A stretch of 64,000 bases of DNA from Octopus vulgaris (GCA_951406725.2 OX597814.1:167648001-167712000); one strand, 5' to 3'; shown: positions 24,814 to 37,977, numbered from the stretch's first letter. Made by a program: numbers and translations. The notes: a model not told the origin generated them from the sequence alone.

Positions 24814-26007
24814 CATGCTCTGGTCAGTAAGTATCTGGACTGTTGCCATAGTAATGAAACCAGAGTATGCAGAGTAAATCCACTTGGCACAAATTGACCT
24901 TGAACTCTGCTGTGTATGCGCACTAAGTTTTGATGTTCTAGTTCACTTCCTCTGTTTACAGCAGTGCTTGGAAGGAAGTTGTGTAGTGTGTGATCATTGC
25001 TTCAATCATGACAGAGAAAGTTGAGCTGAGAATCTGCATCAAATTTTGACAAAAGCTTGGTGATACCTGCTCAGAGGCCTATGCAAAGTTTTCAAAAAGT
25101 TTTCATCGTTCTCGACCCAGTCAAAGAGAAAGTGATAGTATGTTGGCAACTTAATGTGACAGTCCCATGAAAGGGAAGAATACTACTGTTATTTAGCCCT
25201 AGGAAACCCTGTTTCCTGTTGGACTTGACACATTTGCTGTGTCCTTACTCCAGACTGATGATGAGCAGTGACTCTGAAACTAGTCTCTGGATGCTGGCTT
25301 TGCTGGGTGCTTATCAAGTCCTACAGGAAACGGTGTTTCCTAATAGCATTCTTCCCTTTTATAGGACTGTCACATTAAATTGATAACATACTATCACTTT
25401 ATCGTGCTGCTGCTGCATAAATCTCTCTGAAAGATTTAGAAATATATTATTTCTACAATGAAAGAGATCTTGTGCCACTGAAACCCAAGTGTTCTTTTGG
25501 TCAGCTGAAAGCAGTTTTGGCACAAACTTGGCAGACATGCATCTCATACCCAAATCTTCAGTAATAATGGACTGAACTGAACCATAACTAGTCTGCAACA
25601 TACTCTGATAACTTTCTCCTCACAGCTGCATGCACATCAGCAATCATTTTCTCAGTTCTGCTGGTTGCTGGTCTTCTTGAATATTTCTCAATATCGACAT
25701 TTTTTCCTGCCATCTTGGAAACATCTGAACCACTACTACACTTGTACGTGACTCATACACTCCTCTTCATACTTTCTGAAACTTTGCATAGGCCTCTAAG
25801 CAGGTATTTTCATGATTGATGCAATGATCACACACTACACACCTTCCTTCCAAACACTGCTGTAAACAGCAGAAGTGAGCTAGAACATAAAAACTTACTG
25901 CACATGCACAGCAGAGTTCAAGTTTAATCTTTGCCAAGTAGCTTTACTCTGCATGCTTTAGCTTTGTTACTATGACAACAGTCCGGATACTTATTGATCA
26001 GACCTCT
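24814..26007. mobile_element. Rearranged mariner-derived element with two 5' ends (long inverted arms) and an internal inverted repeat
   Basis: TA-flanked termini CATGCTCTGGTCAGTAAGTATCTGGACTGTTG / CAACAGTCCGGATACTTATTGATCAGACCTCT. Arms 24814-25100 and 25771-26007 are inverted copies of the 5' UTR plus transposase start (MTEKVELRICIKF). Minus-strand transposase remnant SYGSVQSIITEDLGMRCMSAKFVPKLLS. Inner IR at 25125-25228 / 25315-25402. Confidence 0.85.
25249..25291 (+). ncRNA. Minimal type I hammerhead ribozyme-like motif
   Basis: TCCAGA-CTGATGA-T-GAG-CAGTGA-CTC-T-GAAA-CTAG-TC-TCTGGA. It has a perfect 6-bp stem I, both core boxes, palindromic stem III (ACTAGT) and a GUC cleavage triplet. 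The stem II closing pair is U-U in this copy. Confidence 0.68.
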
Positions 26008-27559
26008 TACATACATGTATATTTTTATAAAACACATTATGTATGTTATGCATTGAGCGTCATGATATATTACTCACTTTGCACAGTATAACCACATTCT
26101 AGAAAATCTGTGTATATATAACAAATAAAGGAATGAAGATATTGGTATCACATTATCTGGTTACAGTCATTTCAATAACAGGGTGGAGGTAGATAAACCT
26201 TTCAACATGCTGGAACAAAAATATACTATGGTTATGCTGTTTCATTTAATATTAAATGAAATCTATCCTTTCAGGGACACTTTCAATGATGCAATATATT
26301 TACACATGGATAGGCATGCTTATAAATCAATCAGTGTATTGGGCTTATAATATTGTAGTGAGAAATAACCATATTGACATACCTAGGGAATTGAACGGAG
26401 TAAAGGGATTGAACTGCCAGAAAGTCATGTACACTATTAGATAAAATTAATTGTGATACCAAGGCCAGTAGATTAAGTGAGATGAATAATAGACAGTGTA
26501 ATAGGTTGTCTGAGCAAAGAGGAAGTAATTCAAATTTGGATAGCAGTAAACACAATGATATTCACAGAGAGGCCCTAATTGGCAATAAGGGTGGGCCAAG
26601 AATAAAATCAAAGAAACAAAGATGATGAGAAAAAGAAGGAAGGAGAGAATGAGGGAAAGAAAAGAAATATAAAATGTACAATTAATGGAGCTGATGAAAT
26701 ATCAAGTTAAATCATAGTCAAAATGTAATAATAAATTAATATAAAAATATAGTGGAATGAAATAATAATAGGATTTCAAGTGCCTCCATGTAACCTAAAT
26801 TATTACTGTCCTCAGCCCCTGCGTAACAAAGTACTATTCATATAATTGACCACTAAATAGAATAATCAATATTTCTGATGTTATGGTTCAAAATATATTT
26901 TGCTAGTAATATATTACAAAATTTGCACCTATTGTTGCAGGAATGGATACCACTATTCTGTCTCAGTTTGGACTTTAACATTTGAGAACCAATATAGTAG
27001 TATGCTTTACTGGGTGACTGGATGAAACATTTGAATACCATTTTTTTCAGCAGCGTTGGTGACTCAAAAGACAATTGCATCAATCCCTACAGTTACACAT
27101 ACTAATAGGTTTACTAAATAACAATCAACAGTAATATTATTGTTAGATCAGGATGCATTAACTGAGAAACTATAGACAAAGTTCGTGGATAATTTGACTT
27201 GTGTACCAAATTTTTAATATTACTTAATTTCATATGAATCACCTAGATTCCATCAATCCTCTTTTATCTATTATATATATTTATGAGTATGTGTGTGTGT
27301 ATACACACAGAGAGAGATAAATATAAATTTATAAATCTCTCTCCTACTATATATATATATACAGGTATTATAATTTCACATGTTTTCTATGCTGGCAATC
27401 TATGTGTCACTTTTGGCATGGTTTCTATTACTGGATGCCCTTCTTAACACCAGCCACTCTACAGTGCATACTGGGTGTTTGGTTTGTTTTCTTTGTTTTT
27501 TTGTTCCACTGGCACTAGTGAGGTTGCTAAGAAATTTGCAAGGCCTCTCCCTTCCTACA

Positions 27560-28950
27560 TATCCAGCAAGGCAATTTACTTGATGGAAGTAGAGTCCTGT
27601 CTATTTTCTTGCTTACTCGAACCTTAGCCTTTGCTAAGTTAACATTAAGCCACTTCAATTCCAGGTTTTACTTTCACACCTGGAATTTCTTTTCTAGTTC
27701 TGTGAGCAGGATCATCAGCATATAGTAGTTCCCAAGGGTAGCCAGTGTCAAATTCCTCTGTTATGGCCTGGAAGATAAACAAGAAAGGACTGAGAATGAA
27801 ACTCTGATGAATGCCTACTTGTACTCTAAATTCATCACTGTACTCATGATTAACTCTTGCCTTACTGACAGAATCTCTGTAAAGGGCAATGGTTTATTCT
27901 TAGCCAAATAATTCTGAAGTTGTCTGACTATAAATATTACATCAGTAGTACTTCTCCCTTCCACCAAGTCAAATTGCATTTCATCTAATCTGGTTCTGTT
28001 CCTAATTAATTGGGCTATATTTCTTTCTATAACTTTCATGACCTGTCCAGCAATTTGATTCCTCTGTAATTACTTTTATCTAAGGTATCTCTCTTATCCT
28101 TGTAGCAGCTGACTATAATGATGCTACATTAGTCATTGGGGATGACACATTCCTGAATAACTTGATTAACTATATGGGTGACTTGACTGTATCCTACTCT
28201 GCCAGATGTTTTAAGCATCAACACACTAAATCCTGATGGGCCAGGTCCTTTACCTGTCTTCATATCCTTAACTGCCTTATCTATCATACTGCTGTCAATG
28301 CAAATAACCAGTCCCTCTATTGGGTTCCCTTTCTCCTATTCATTCTTCACATTTAATAGCCATTCATAGTTGCACTTCCACATCTTTTTCTTTTTGGAGT
28401 CACTGAATGCAAGCATACTATTATCCATCCATTCACGCTTCTCTCCCTCAACATCTCAATTGGCTCTGTAAGAACTTCCACTTGTCCTCTGCATTAATCC
28501 TCTGCATTAAACTGGTTTGCATCTCTGTGTCCATCTGAAGTTTCCTGAGTCTGAAGTCACTAACCACTAACTTGTGATGAGTTGTACATGCCTCACTTGG
28601 AAAGGACTTTGCATTTATAAGCATTTGTCTATTCCTGTTTCTGGTGAGAATGTGCTCAATCTGGCTTGAGTGCCCACCAGACTGATGTCTGGCTGGATTT
28701 CTGAAGTTAGTGTTGCAGACCAGCAAGTCATTCGCAACACAGAACTCCAGGAGCCTTGTTCCCTTCTCTTTTCTTGTGCCAAAGCTAAAACCTCCATACA
28801 CATCATAAAATCTATTGGCATGTTACTCAGCATAACTGTTGAGGTTTCTGTAGAAAAGACTTATCGAAACAGTCCTGTCCATCTGCTAGTCCTATATATG
28901 GAGCACATTTAGAGATAAATGTCACTGTTACATTGTACTAGACTATTCTT
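27560..28950 (-). mobile_element. RTE-clade LINE relic (endonuclease plus RT)
   Basis: GGFSFGTRKEKGTRLLEFCVANDLLVCNTNF...SGGHSSQIEHIL...HKLVVSDF (APE domain) and DEMQFDLVEGRSTTDVIFIVRQLQ (RT), with many disablements. Confidence 0.88.
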
Positions 28951-29022
28951 AACTATATATATATATATTATTTTTTAATGAATGATACATACATAACAAT
29001 TATATATATATATGTGTGTATA

Positions 29023-29231
29023 CAAAGGGGTGCTGAAAAGTTCCTGGCTTTGAGTAAAAGAAAATACAGGAAGATTAGTTAATGATTTTATTTAACATAT
29101 TCTCTTGTCAGATACACGCACTGCAGTGGTCCTTCAGTTTTGCTAAGTCCTGTAAAAGAACTCGGAAGAGTGGGCCTCTAGCCAGGCATTTCAGGATACC
29201 CTTAAAACCAGAAACTTTTCATTACCCCTGC
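29023..29231. mobile_element. Mariner-derived MITE (~210 bp)
   Basis: Imperfect TIRs AGGGGTGCTGAAAAGTTCCTGGCTTT / AAAACCAGAAACTTTTCATTACCCCT, with TA at the left junction. Confidence 0.72.
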
Positions 29232-30194
29232 AAATATATATTTACATGACCTAATTATATGTATATAATATATATATATATATGTATAAATTTTTATTTT
29301 TTAATGAAGGATACTTTAAAATGATGGTGATATGCATGTACATATGTATGTGTTTATTTCTATAATAAAGGTGTGTGTGTATGTATGTGCGTGTGTTTAA
29401 TAGTTTAATTGCTTCAGATATAACTTTCCTCTTTCTGTATATGCAAAGTTCATCAAAAGTAGTGCTACTCAAAAACAAGTGTAATATAGAATCTGCCAGA
29501 TTGTATGAGCTTTAAATGAGAGCACTCTCCATTAAGTTAGTAAGTTACTAGAAAACCACACTACTCATTGACAGTTTCTATTACCTATGCTATGAATGAT
29601 GACTGCTTTTGAAAAGAACTAAGTTGAAACTGGTTTTTCATAGATGCATCAACTTAAAACTGCATTCTATAAATTTAATATTGCATTGTACATGAAAAGT
29701 GTTAAAATTTTTATTATAAATACTTCAAATGATTCAATCTGCAGAGAATTAAATAAGAGAAGCTGTTTTATATAACTTATGTAATTTATATTTTATTGAA
29801 GCAATAAAAAGCATCTTTATTTAATTCTTGAAGAATCTCCAAGTATTGTAATATGACATCGGCGGTGCCCTCAAAAATAGCAGCAATTTCCACAGATATT
29901 AATAGTTATTCATATTCAGGATTTATGTCAAAGAATACTATAAAAGTTTACAATGTTTACTGTCCACATTTTAGTTATAATATGAATAATTTTTTTTCTA
30001 CTTATTCTGTAAACTTCTTCAGTTTTATTAACATTTTTACAGAAAGAAATGAAAAAAAAAACATTAAAAGTATAAAAGGTCAAATTATCAAGGAAAAAAA
30101 GACCTATAACTACCTCACCAAGGAAATAAAGAAAAAAAGGTGAGAGGAATTATGTAGCAGACAGTGGGAAGAGAGTAATGGCTTGTACACTCCA

Positions 30195-30960
30195 AATGGC
30201 ATGTTTAGATATGCCTTGCAGATATGATTGCAGACACTGCAGATTGGCCCAGTGACATTTGCTGCAACAGCCACCTTACCTCACATGGCTCATTTCTCTG
30301 ACAGGCCATAGTTATCCAGGTTTTGTGGAGGAAATCAGCAGTGTGGAATCTGAGAGCACGTGAGGTCTTGGCAGCAATCAGCATAAACTGATAGCAGCCA
30401 GTCAAGCTCCTGTATTTATTTATCTTTCTCTCCTCTGCATTACCAGTGGTGATACCTTGGCTTGTAGCTGATGCAGCAAGGTTGGAGCCAGAGAACATGT
30501 TACAGCACATTGCATTTCAAATTATTGATCTGCTTGCTACATATGAAAAGAAGGTCATTCTGTTGGGGCACTTAACATCCCTGCATTCAAGACATACTGG
30601 CTCCAGTTGTGATAGGAAACCAGCTGCATCAAGGTCCCTTCTAATTATGTCATTCAGATTTGTGTGTCAGGGGAACCAGCTTATACTATGGCTGAAGGAT
30701 AATGGATGCAGGCCGAATTCATCTACTATCACTCCACAGCAGTATTTGTCTGCCTCACACATGCAAAGTGGCCCTGAGCCACTTCGATACAAGTACACTC
30801 ATCATCAAGAATAGTACTGGTTGATGAGGAAGGCACCAAATTGAGCCTCATGCCACTGTTTGGCTGTGAAGCAGAATGGAGGCAGGCAAGGTGGTGCAGA
30901 TCTAAGACTGTCTCAATCCACCCAAAGGCAGATTTGCATTTGATGTCCCAGTTACATTGG
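30195..30960 (-). mobile_element. CRE-like non-LTR retrotransposon 3' relic (restriction-like endonuclease region)
   Basis: Peptides SGMRLNLVPSSSTSTILDDE and SNLAASATSQG...AEERKINKYRSL..YQFMLIAAKTSRAL...EPCEVRWLLQQMS match the C-terminal pattern of REL-type CRE elements. Confidence 0.72.
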
Positions 30961-31916
30961 ACATCTGTATTCTTGGGAATCCCCAATACAATTAAATCCC
31001 ATGTTTTTTTTTTTACATACTATCTACATCTTTGCATGTTTATTTCATAAACCTCACTAATCAATTTACATCATCACCATTGTTAAGAGAGTGGCAGCGG
31101 TAAGAGGTAGAGCAAGAAAAACTTGTCAGGTTTTCTTTCCTTATCCCAAGATTTCTATATATTATGTCACCATCTCAAGGGAAACACTGTTCAGGTGTCA
31201 ACTCCACATATCTGAAGATGGACATAGAGTGTAATTAAAAGCTTAGCTAATATTTCTTCTATTTCTCACTTTGGAAAGCATAAAGATTATTTTTCTGTGC
31301 TAACTAGATGTAGGCATTGCTGTGTAGTTAAAAAGCTTTTTTTGCAATCACTTGGTCATGAGTCCTGTCCTGGTGCTTTGCATCTTAAACATATTTCTTC
31401 TACTATATCTTCAGGCTGAACAGTGTTTTGTGAATGAAATTTGGTAGACAGAAACTGAGTGAAAGCCTATGTCTTTATTTCTTTCCATGCCAATCAGCAT
31501 CAAATTACCTTGAATGAAACAAAAGATTTCTCAACTATCCTCATTCATCAAATTTCATTCCATTTGTTATAAGTAGCTTCACTATGAATATTTAGAGAAT
31601 TATAGGCACCATATCACTCCATAATCTTATACCATATAGCAGGATATATTATCAACATTGCTTTTAACGTCGACTTTTCCATGCTTGCTTGGGTTGAACG
31701 GAGTTGTTATTGAGGTAGATTTCCTACAAATGGATGATCTTCCTGGTGCCAACCCTTACCTGTCTCCAAATAAAGTAACAGTTTCCCATAGCCAGACTTG
31801 TTTACACAAAATTTTGGAAATGAATGATATTCATTTACAACAATCATGCAATGTCTTGTCAAGGAGGCACAAGCATACACACTCTCACACTTACACACAC
31901 ACACACACTCTCACAC

Positions 31917-31966
<50 letters not shown>

Positions 31967-32577
31967 CTTCTTTCAATTTCCATCTATCAAATCTACTCGC
32001 AAGGCTTCGATTGTTGGTTTAGGGCTATAGTAGAAGACCTTTGTCCTAATTGTCACATATAAGGATTGAATCAGAAAACGTGGTTGTAAAACAAGCCATA
32101 TTATATATATGGTGAACTTTGCTGTCATAGATGACAGATGAGGTTTCTGAAATTCCTTGCTGATCAACCTGCACTGATGGTTTGTTTATAGTAATCGGAT
32201 GTTTGTGCTGTACATTAGCTCATTCTGTTCACCAAATTTACATAGCCTGTCCAGGTAGGTGCATAGTGTATCACTCATTAAATGTCGAAGTGATTGCAGA
32301 GCAACATGAGATAATATGTTTTGCTCAAAAACACAATCCACTATCTAGTCCTGGAGTCAAAAACACAATTTCACAATTTTTTTGAGTGTACTCACATCAT
32401 ATATATATATATATATAATCTAACATTATAATATCTGTAAGTTGATGAACAAACTAAATTTGTTTCTCCATTTTCTTATTTGTATTATATATATAAATAT
32501 ATATAAATAACTAATTTTTTGAGTAATGAGATAAAAAACCAAGACTGTGTAGATATTAGAACATTTATAGATAGAAG

Positions 32578-32629
32578 GTCTTACAGCTGTTTCCAGGATA
32601 TTTATTAATTATATCTCTTCGTTGGAGAC
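32578..32629 (-). ncRNA. Minimal type I hammerhead-like motif (Penelope type), degenerate core
   Basis: Minus strand: GTCT-CCAACGA-AGA-GATAT...ATATC-CTG-GAAA-CAGCTG-TA-AGAC. Stem I is GTCT/AGAC and stem III is palindromic (ACAGCTGT). The first core box is mutated from CTGACGA. Confidence 0.5.
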
Positions 32630-32706
32630 GGTGTGAGAGGATGGCTAAAGTAATAGTTAATTTAGATAGGTAATAGTTCATTTATATATATTATGACAGT
32701 GCAATA

Positions 32707-32762
<56 letters not shown>

Positions 32763-32784
32763 ACGTGTGTGTATATATATAACA

Positions 32785-33113
32785 TGGAGGTGACTTCCTT
32801 TCGAGCAGTGGGTCTCACGGAGGTAAAGTGGTTGAGTTCCTTTCAAGTATTGGGCCTCAAGGAGGCAATGACCAAAACCTTTAGCATTATGTCATGCTTG
32901 AAAAGAAGACCCATCAAGCCAAGCAAAATTGCAGTCGTGACAGTTACTGGTGTCACGTAAAAGCACCCATTACACTCTCAGAGTGGTTGGTGTTAAGAAG
33001 AGCATCCAGCTGTAAAAACCATGCCAAACAGATTGGAGTCTGGTGCAGCTTGCCAGCCCTGGTCAAACTGTCCAACCCACGCCAGCATGGACAATGGACA
33101 TTTAATGATGATG
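32785..33113 (+). mobile_element. Family C repeat (long variant) with (GAT)n tail
   Basis: GAGTGGTTGGTGTTAAGAAGAGCATCCAGCTGTAAAAACCATGCC block. It is reverse-complement similar to 56299-56635. Confidence 0.75.
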
Positions 33114-33550
33114 TATATTGGTATATTTCTATGTGTTTGTATGTGTGTGTGTGTATATATATATATATATACATATACACACGCACACACTAGCAGTAAT
33201 ACCCGTCGTTGATCAGGGGATTACTTTTATTGTTTCTTGGGAGCCACATCCAAAGTATTATTATATATATAATTTACTCCTCCTGTATACGTATATTTTT
33301 ATAAGAGAGAAATATGTAATAATTGAAGAAGAAAAAAGATCAATTTCATCCTTGAATGTAATGATAGTAATGGCAAATGAAGTTATTGAAGTATTCATTA
33401 AGAATGAATATTTCTTTAAAAACAAGAGTAAAAATATTTTATTTTATTTTATTTATTTATTCATAATAGAATAGAAGGATAAAATCACGTTAATGATTTT
33501 TATCAGGTAGTCAGCATGAAATAAAAATTTATAGGTAATTTATATATCAA

Positions 33551-33582
<32 letters not shown>

Positions 33583-33781
33583 TTAGGGAGCAAGGCAAAA
33601 CGCCATTCTCCTACGCACTTGAAATTAATGCACTGGCACTAAAAAACTGCCGAAAATCTCCAAAAAAGACACATGCTGTGTTACTTAGCTTGTGAGAACC
33701 TCTTGTATGGACACAAAGTGCATAAAAGCACTCATATTTATATTGTTGGCAGACGAGAATTATCTGTTATGGGTGTCAGAA

Positions 33782-33827
33782 CTGCTGGATTACTTGATTT
33801 CATCCTGCACTGTGTTTTCAGTGGCAG
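33782..33827 (-). ncRNA. Hammerhead-like motif, degenerate inverted copy
   Basis: Minus strand: CTGCCA-CTGAAAA-13nt-GAAA-TCAAGTAA-TC-CAGCAG. Confidence 0.45.
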
Positions 33828-34082
33828 ACATCCAATAATGACATAACAGCATCATACACCATGCATCCATGTGAGAGCTCCTTTCAAGGTAAAACAGTGT
33901 ATTCAATGCTGCAACACAACATCCATGCTAAGTTGGATATAAAGATTGCCATTTGGTATTAATACTGCTTCTGTTGCAATTAATTACTATTTGATAAGTC
34001 TACTGGCTATTTGTGACATCAGTACCTGAAAAGACACTGAATTTCTATATATCAATGACAAAGAGATTCGACTACAGGATGT

Positions 34083-34128
34083 CTTCTACTGAAGAGCCTG
34101 GGCAGTGTGAAATCACATGATCTGGCAG
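34083..34128 (+). ncRNA. Type I hammerhead-like motif
   Basis: CTTCTA-CTGAAGA-GCCTGGGCAGTGT-GAAA-TCACATGA-TC-TGGCAG. Both core boxes are intact, stem III is near-palindromic (ATCACATGAT) and stem I is 5/6 paired. Confidence 0.6.
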
Positions 34129-34320
34129 TTCCGGCAGCTGCCAGAACAGACAGTTCTCATCTACCAATGATTTAAATATGAGTGCTTTTATGCATCATAC
34201 ATCCATACGAGAGGGCCTTTCAAGCTAAATAACACAACATTCAGTGTTGTAATACATCTATGTTCAGTTGGATATAAAGATTACCTTTTGGTATTAATAT
34301 ATATATATATATATATATAA

Positions 34321-34718
34321 TTATCTTGTTCCAGTCATTAGACTGCAGCCATACCAGGGTACCACCTTTAAGAATTTCCAGTTGAATGAATCAGCCCTAC
34401 TTCTTATTTTACTTTTTTTTAAAAACTTGGTACTTATTCTATCAATTTCTTTTGGTGAACTGTTAAGTTGCAGGGATGTAAACACATCAGCACCAGTAGA
34501 CAAATGCTGGTGGGGGGATGTGCAAAATCAAACACAAAGACATACACACATAGATATATACAATGCGCTTCTTTCAGTTTCCATCTACCAAATCCACCCA
34601 AAAGGCTTTGGCCAGCCCAAAATTATAGTAGAAGACACTTGCCCAAGGTGCCACACTGTGGGACTGAATGCTGAACAATGTGATTGGAAAGCAAGCTTCT
34701 TGCCACACAGCCATACAT
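34321..34718 (-). mobile_element. SINE family A, older diverged copy
   Basis: CTTTCAGTTTCCATCTACCAAATCCAC...GAAGACACTTGCCCAAGGTGCC...GGGACTGAA...CCACACAGCCA. Confidence 0.82.
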
Positions 34719-36399
34719 GTATTGTAAGATGTGATGTACTTTTCCATTTTTTAAGATAGTAAGAATCCATCTCATCTAAGAAGTCTACCTCAATCTATAC
34801 AACATATAGATCGAATTATAAGTTGGAAAAATGGAAAATTTAACATTTTGATGGTCCACTGACAATCTTGATTTGAAGTCTGCAAGTCAATTCTTTCTAT
34901 TTCAGTAAAATCTAATTTTCCAAACATTTTTGTTGCATATTGAGTTATAAATGATTATAGGTCCAAATGTGAACTTATAATCTATGCAGAAAAATTTCAA
35001 TTTTCTTATTAATTTTCTATTGATGTACAGTATACTTTATTATTTTTTGGATTGGATGCAATACTTATATCTGATAAAACTTAACTTCTATAACATTTTT
35101 TTTATCCTCTATTACAAAACAAAAGAAGAAAATTACCAGCTTAAGTATACATTTTATAGATGTGGTTATCAGTGCATCATCCTGCAGATATTGTCTTTTT
35201 GTTTTGTATCAATTCTTTTGTATGTATATATTTCTCAACACTTTTAGAGCCATGTAGTGTTTTTCTTCCACATGCATATTTTATGTGGTTTAAATATTAT
35301 GGTGTCAACTGATCACATGGAAAATACTGCTGTCTCTTATACTGCATATGCTGTCTCACACATTGTATATCAGAACTAGTAAAAAAGAAAGATAAAACCA
35401 GAGTTGTGGTGGAGTACCACACCAACTGGAAATTGATATCATTGTCTAGTGTTGAGATCAATTACTCTTAAATGAAAATGATAGGATGAATGTTAAAAAA
35501 TTACTCCATTGATTAATTGATTGTTTGATTCACTAAGATTCAAGTTGGTTCCTTTTTTGTTAGTGCTTTGTGATATTTTAATAGGTGCGAAATTACAGTG
35601 AGGAATTTACGTGTGGTTGAATATTTCTTGTCAATATACAAAATTATTAAGTTCTAATAATTTTCTATAGATTTTTGTTTCGTATCTTTCCAACTGTAAG
35701 AAAAACCTTCATGTCAGCTGAGCAATTGATATTCACAAACATAGTTTTTTTCTTGTTCACAGGAGTATGAGGTGTGTTGTATTATCATCATTGACAACTT
35801 GTCATTTTATTAGTATTTATAATACTCAACATTCCTTTTTGTGGCTCTGCCAGAAAAGTCATTTTTTTGTTGGCATTGTCTATAGCTTGTTTGTAATGTC
35901 ACACTTCATATAAATGTAGAAGCTCATTGATATTTCAGAGTAGTGTTCTTCAGAGTTTACCTGATATGACTGACATTTTCTGTTGCTGGATCTCCTCCAA
36001 AGAATAATGGTTTCCAACATCTCTTTTTCATAGTGTTTCTTTGTTCTTAAAGATATTTTAACTTCAGATGCATATCCTTGAAAGTTAGCTATTCCCTCCT
36101 ATATATTTCTCATAAACTCCTGTTTCAAAATTTTTATCCCTTTTCATACCAACATACCCCAGACAGCCCCTGCGTCTATGATACAAACTGCTTGTTTTAA
36201 AGCAAACTAAAAAGGTCATTTACCAAAATTTATGTTAATTCATGTTATCTATCAAAATATTATCTTAATTCATGTTCCAAACACCACCTTAATAACAAGT
36301 TATTTTACTAAATTTTTCATTATTTCCAAAATTAACTGAAAGGGAGTGCACTTCAGAAATATAGTAACAAAAGGATTTGATAATTATTTATTGTCTAGT

Positions 36400-37140
36400 A
36401 TACATCATGACTTTCTAATGAAGTGTCTAGCTAATCATTTATGGTAACTTGGATGTGACCCTCATTGCTTTTATTACACTGATATCTGGGATGTGGAATT
36501 ATATCCTATATTACAATATCAAATCCCCAAGTAGTTTGTTCATAATTGTACTATGGTTTGCTAGGTAACCACAATATCCATAGACACATTACCATTTGTT
36601 ATTAACTGCATAACATGTACCCATCACAGCAAAGTGACTAGGAAAGCAAAAGATGCTTTTTGTGTGACACACAACCTGAAACCTCTCTCTTTTCTTAATC
36701 TGCAGTTAAACTTTTTCGGCCTCTTTTAAATGATCTCCCTACAAACTTTCTAGGATCCACATAGCCAGCTCTCATCAACCAAGATGAGTTTGTGAGTCTT
36801 GTCTTTGCCTATAAACCCACTATTTATTTTGCTGCCAACTTTACCATTTATAATTCTGTTCTGAATATGCATACAATGAAAATCCCCCTAAACTAACTTT
36901 TGTTTCAAACTTATCTACCTCAGCATTTTGTGCACACAGTTGATATTTGTAAAGACTATTTCAGTCACTTCATACAAAGTGATTGGCCCTGATCTCTACG
37001 TACTTCTCAAATATTGTACTCCTGAACTGGTCTCTATTTTTATTAAGCTTTTTGACCTTTTCATATCAACATTTATTTACCTTGACTTTTGAAAATGCAT
37101 AACAGTATCTACCGACCTACCTGCTGATATTTGTTGTCAT
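36400..37140 (+). mobile_element. Heavily decayed CR1-group LINE fragment
   Basis: K..GPD...VLLKYCTPEL-like remnant at ~36975-37030, similar to the segment at 60670-60730. Confidence 0.4.
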
Positions 37141-37523
37141 TTGTCAAGTAACATAATAGTAACCTTCTAAATTTATATGATCACCATCATCATTATCATC
37201 TTATGTTCATTTTACCATGTTGGCGTGGTTGTGTAAGTCTCACGGTATTTAACTACATATCACAGTCCTCCATCATTTAGCACCCACAGCGACAGAAAAA
37301 AGCAGCTAAAACTTTGTTGTCATGTGTGTTTTTGGTGCATGGCTTTTATGGTTGAATGTTTAGTGTATTCTTGCTACTGGCACTAAAAGAGGATCCCTAC
37401 AGTTTTTATTTGGAGATATTGTTGTCCTACCTACATTAGTTGCCTATGTTGTAACTTGCCAAGATTATGTCTCATGTTTATTCTTCCATATATATATACG
37501 GAAGCAAAGATGACCAATTTGTT

Positions 37524-37870
37524 CATCATCATCATTGTTTAATGTCCACTTTCCATGCTAGCATGGGTTGGACAATTTTTACTGAGGGCTGGCAAACCAG
37601 ATGGCTGCACCAGGCTCCAATCTTGGTCTGGCAGAGTTTCTACAGCTGGATGCCTTTCCTAATGCCAACCACTCCAAGAGTGTAGTGGGTGCTTTTTACG
37701 CGCCACCGGCACGGGGGCCAGTCAAGCGGTACTGGCAACGATTTCGCTCGAATCTTTTTACACATGCCACCGGCACAGGTGCTAGTAAGGCGATGCTGGT
37801 AACAATCACGCTTGAATGGTGCCTTTTACATGCCACCAGCACGGAAGCCATTTCGCCACTCTGTCAATGA
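37524..37870 (-). mobile_element. Family C repeat with (GAT)n tail
   Basis: Starts with the reverse-complement tail CATCATCAT and aligns in inverted orientation with 38598-38868. Confidence 0.85.
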
Positions 37871-37977
37871 TCATATTCATATGGTGCTCTTTGTACCCCC
37901 TAGATAATAAACCATTTTTTAACTTCCTAATCTCAATTTTCTTTTATTCTCTTAAATGGATATAAATTATATATATT

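Larger units (their letters stand above)
33675..34298. mobile_element. Penelope-like pseudo-LTR or non-LTR retrozyme relic (inverted plus partial tandem unit of ~337 bp)
   Basis: 33675-33833 is the inverted copy of 34078-34240, and 33860-33964 is directly repeated at 34197-34298. Both inverted copies carry an HHR-like motif. Confidence 0.7.
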
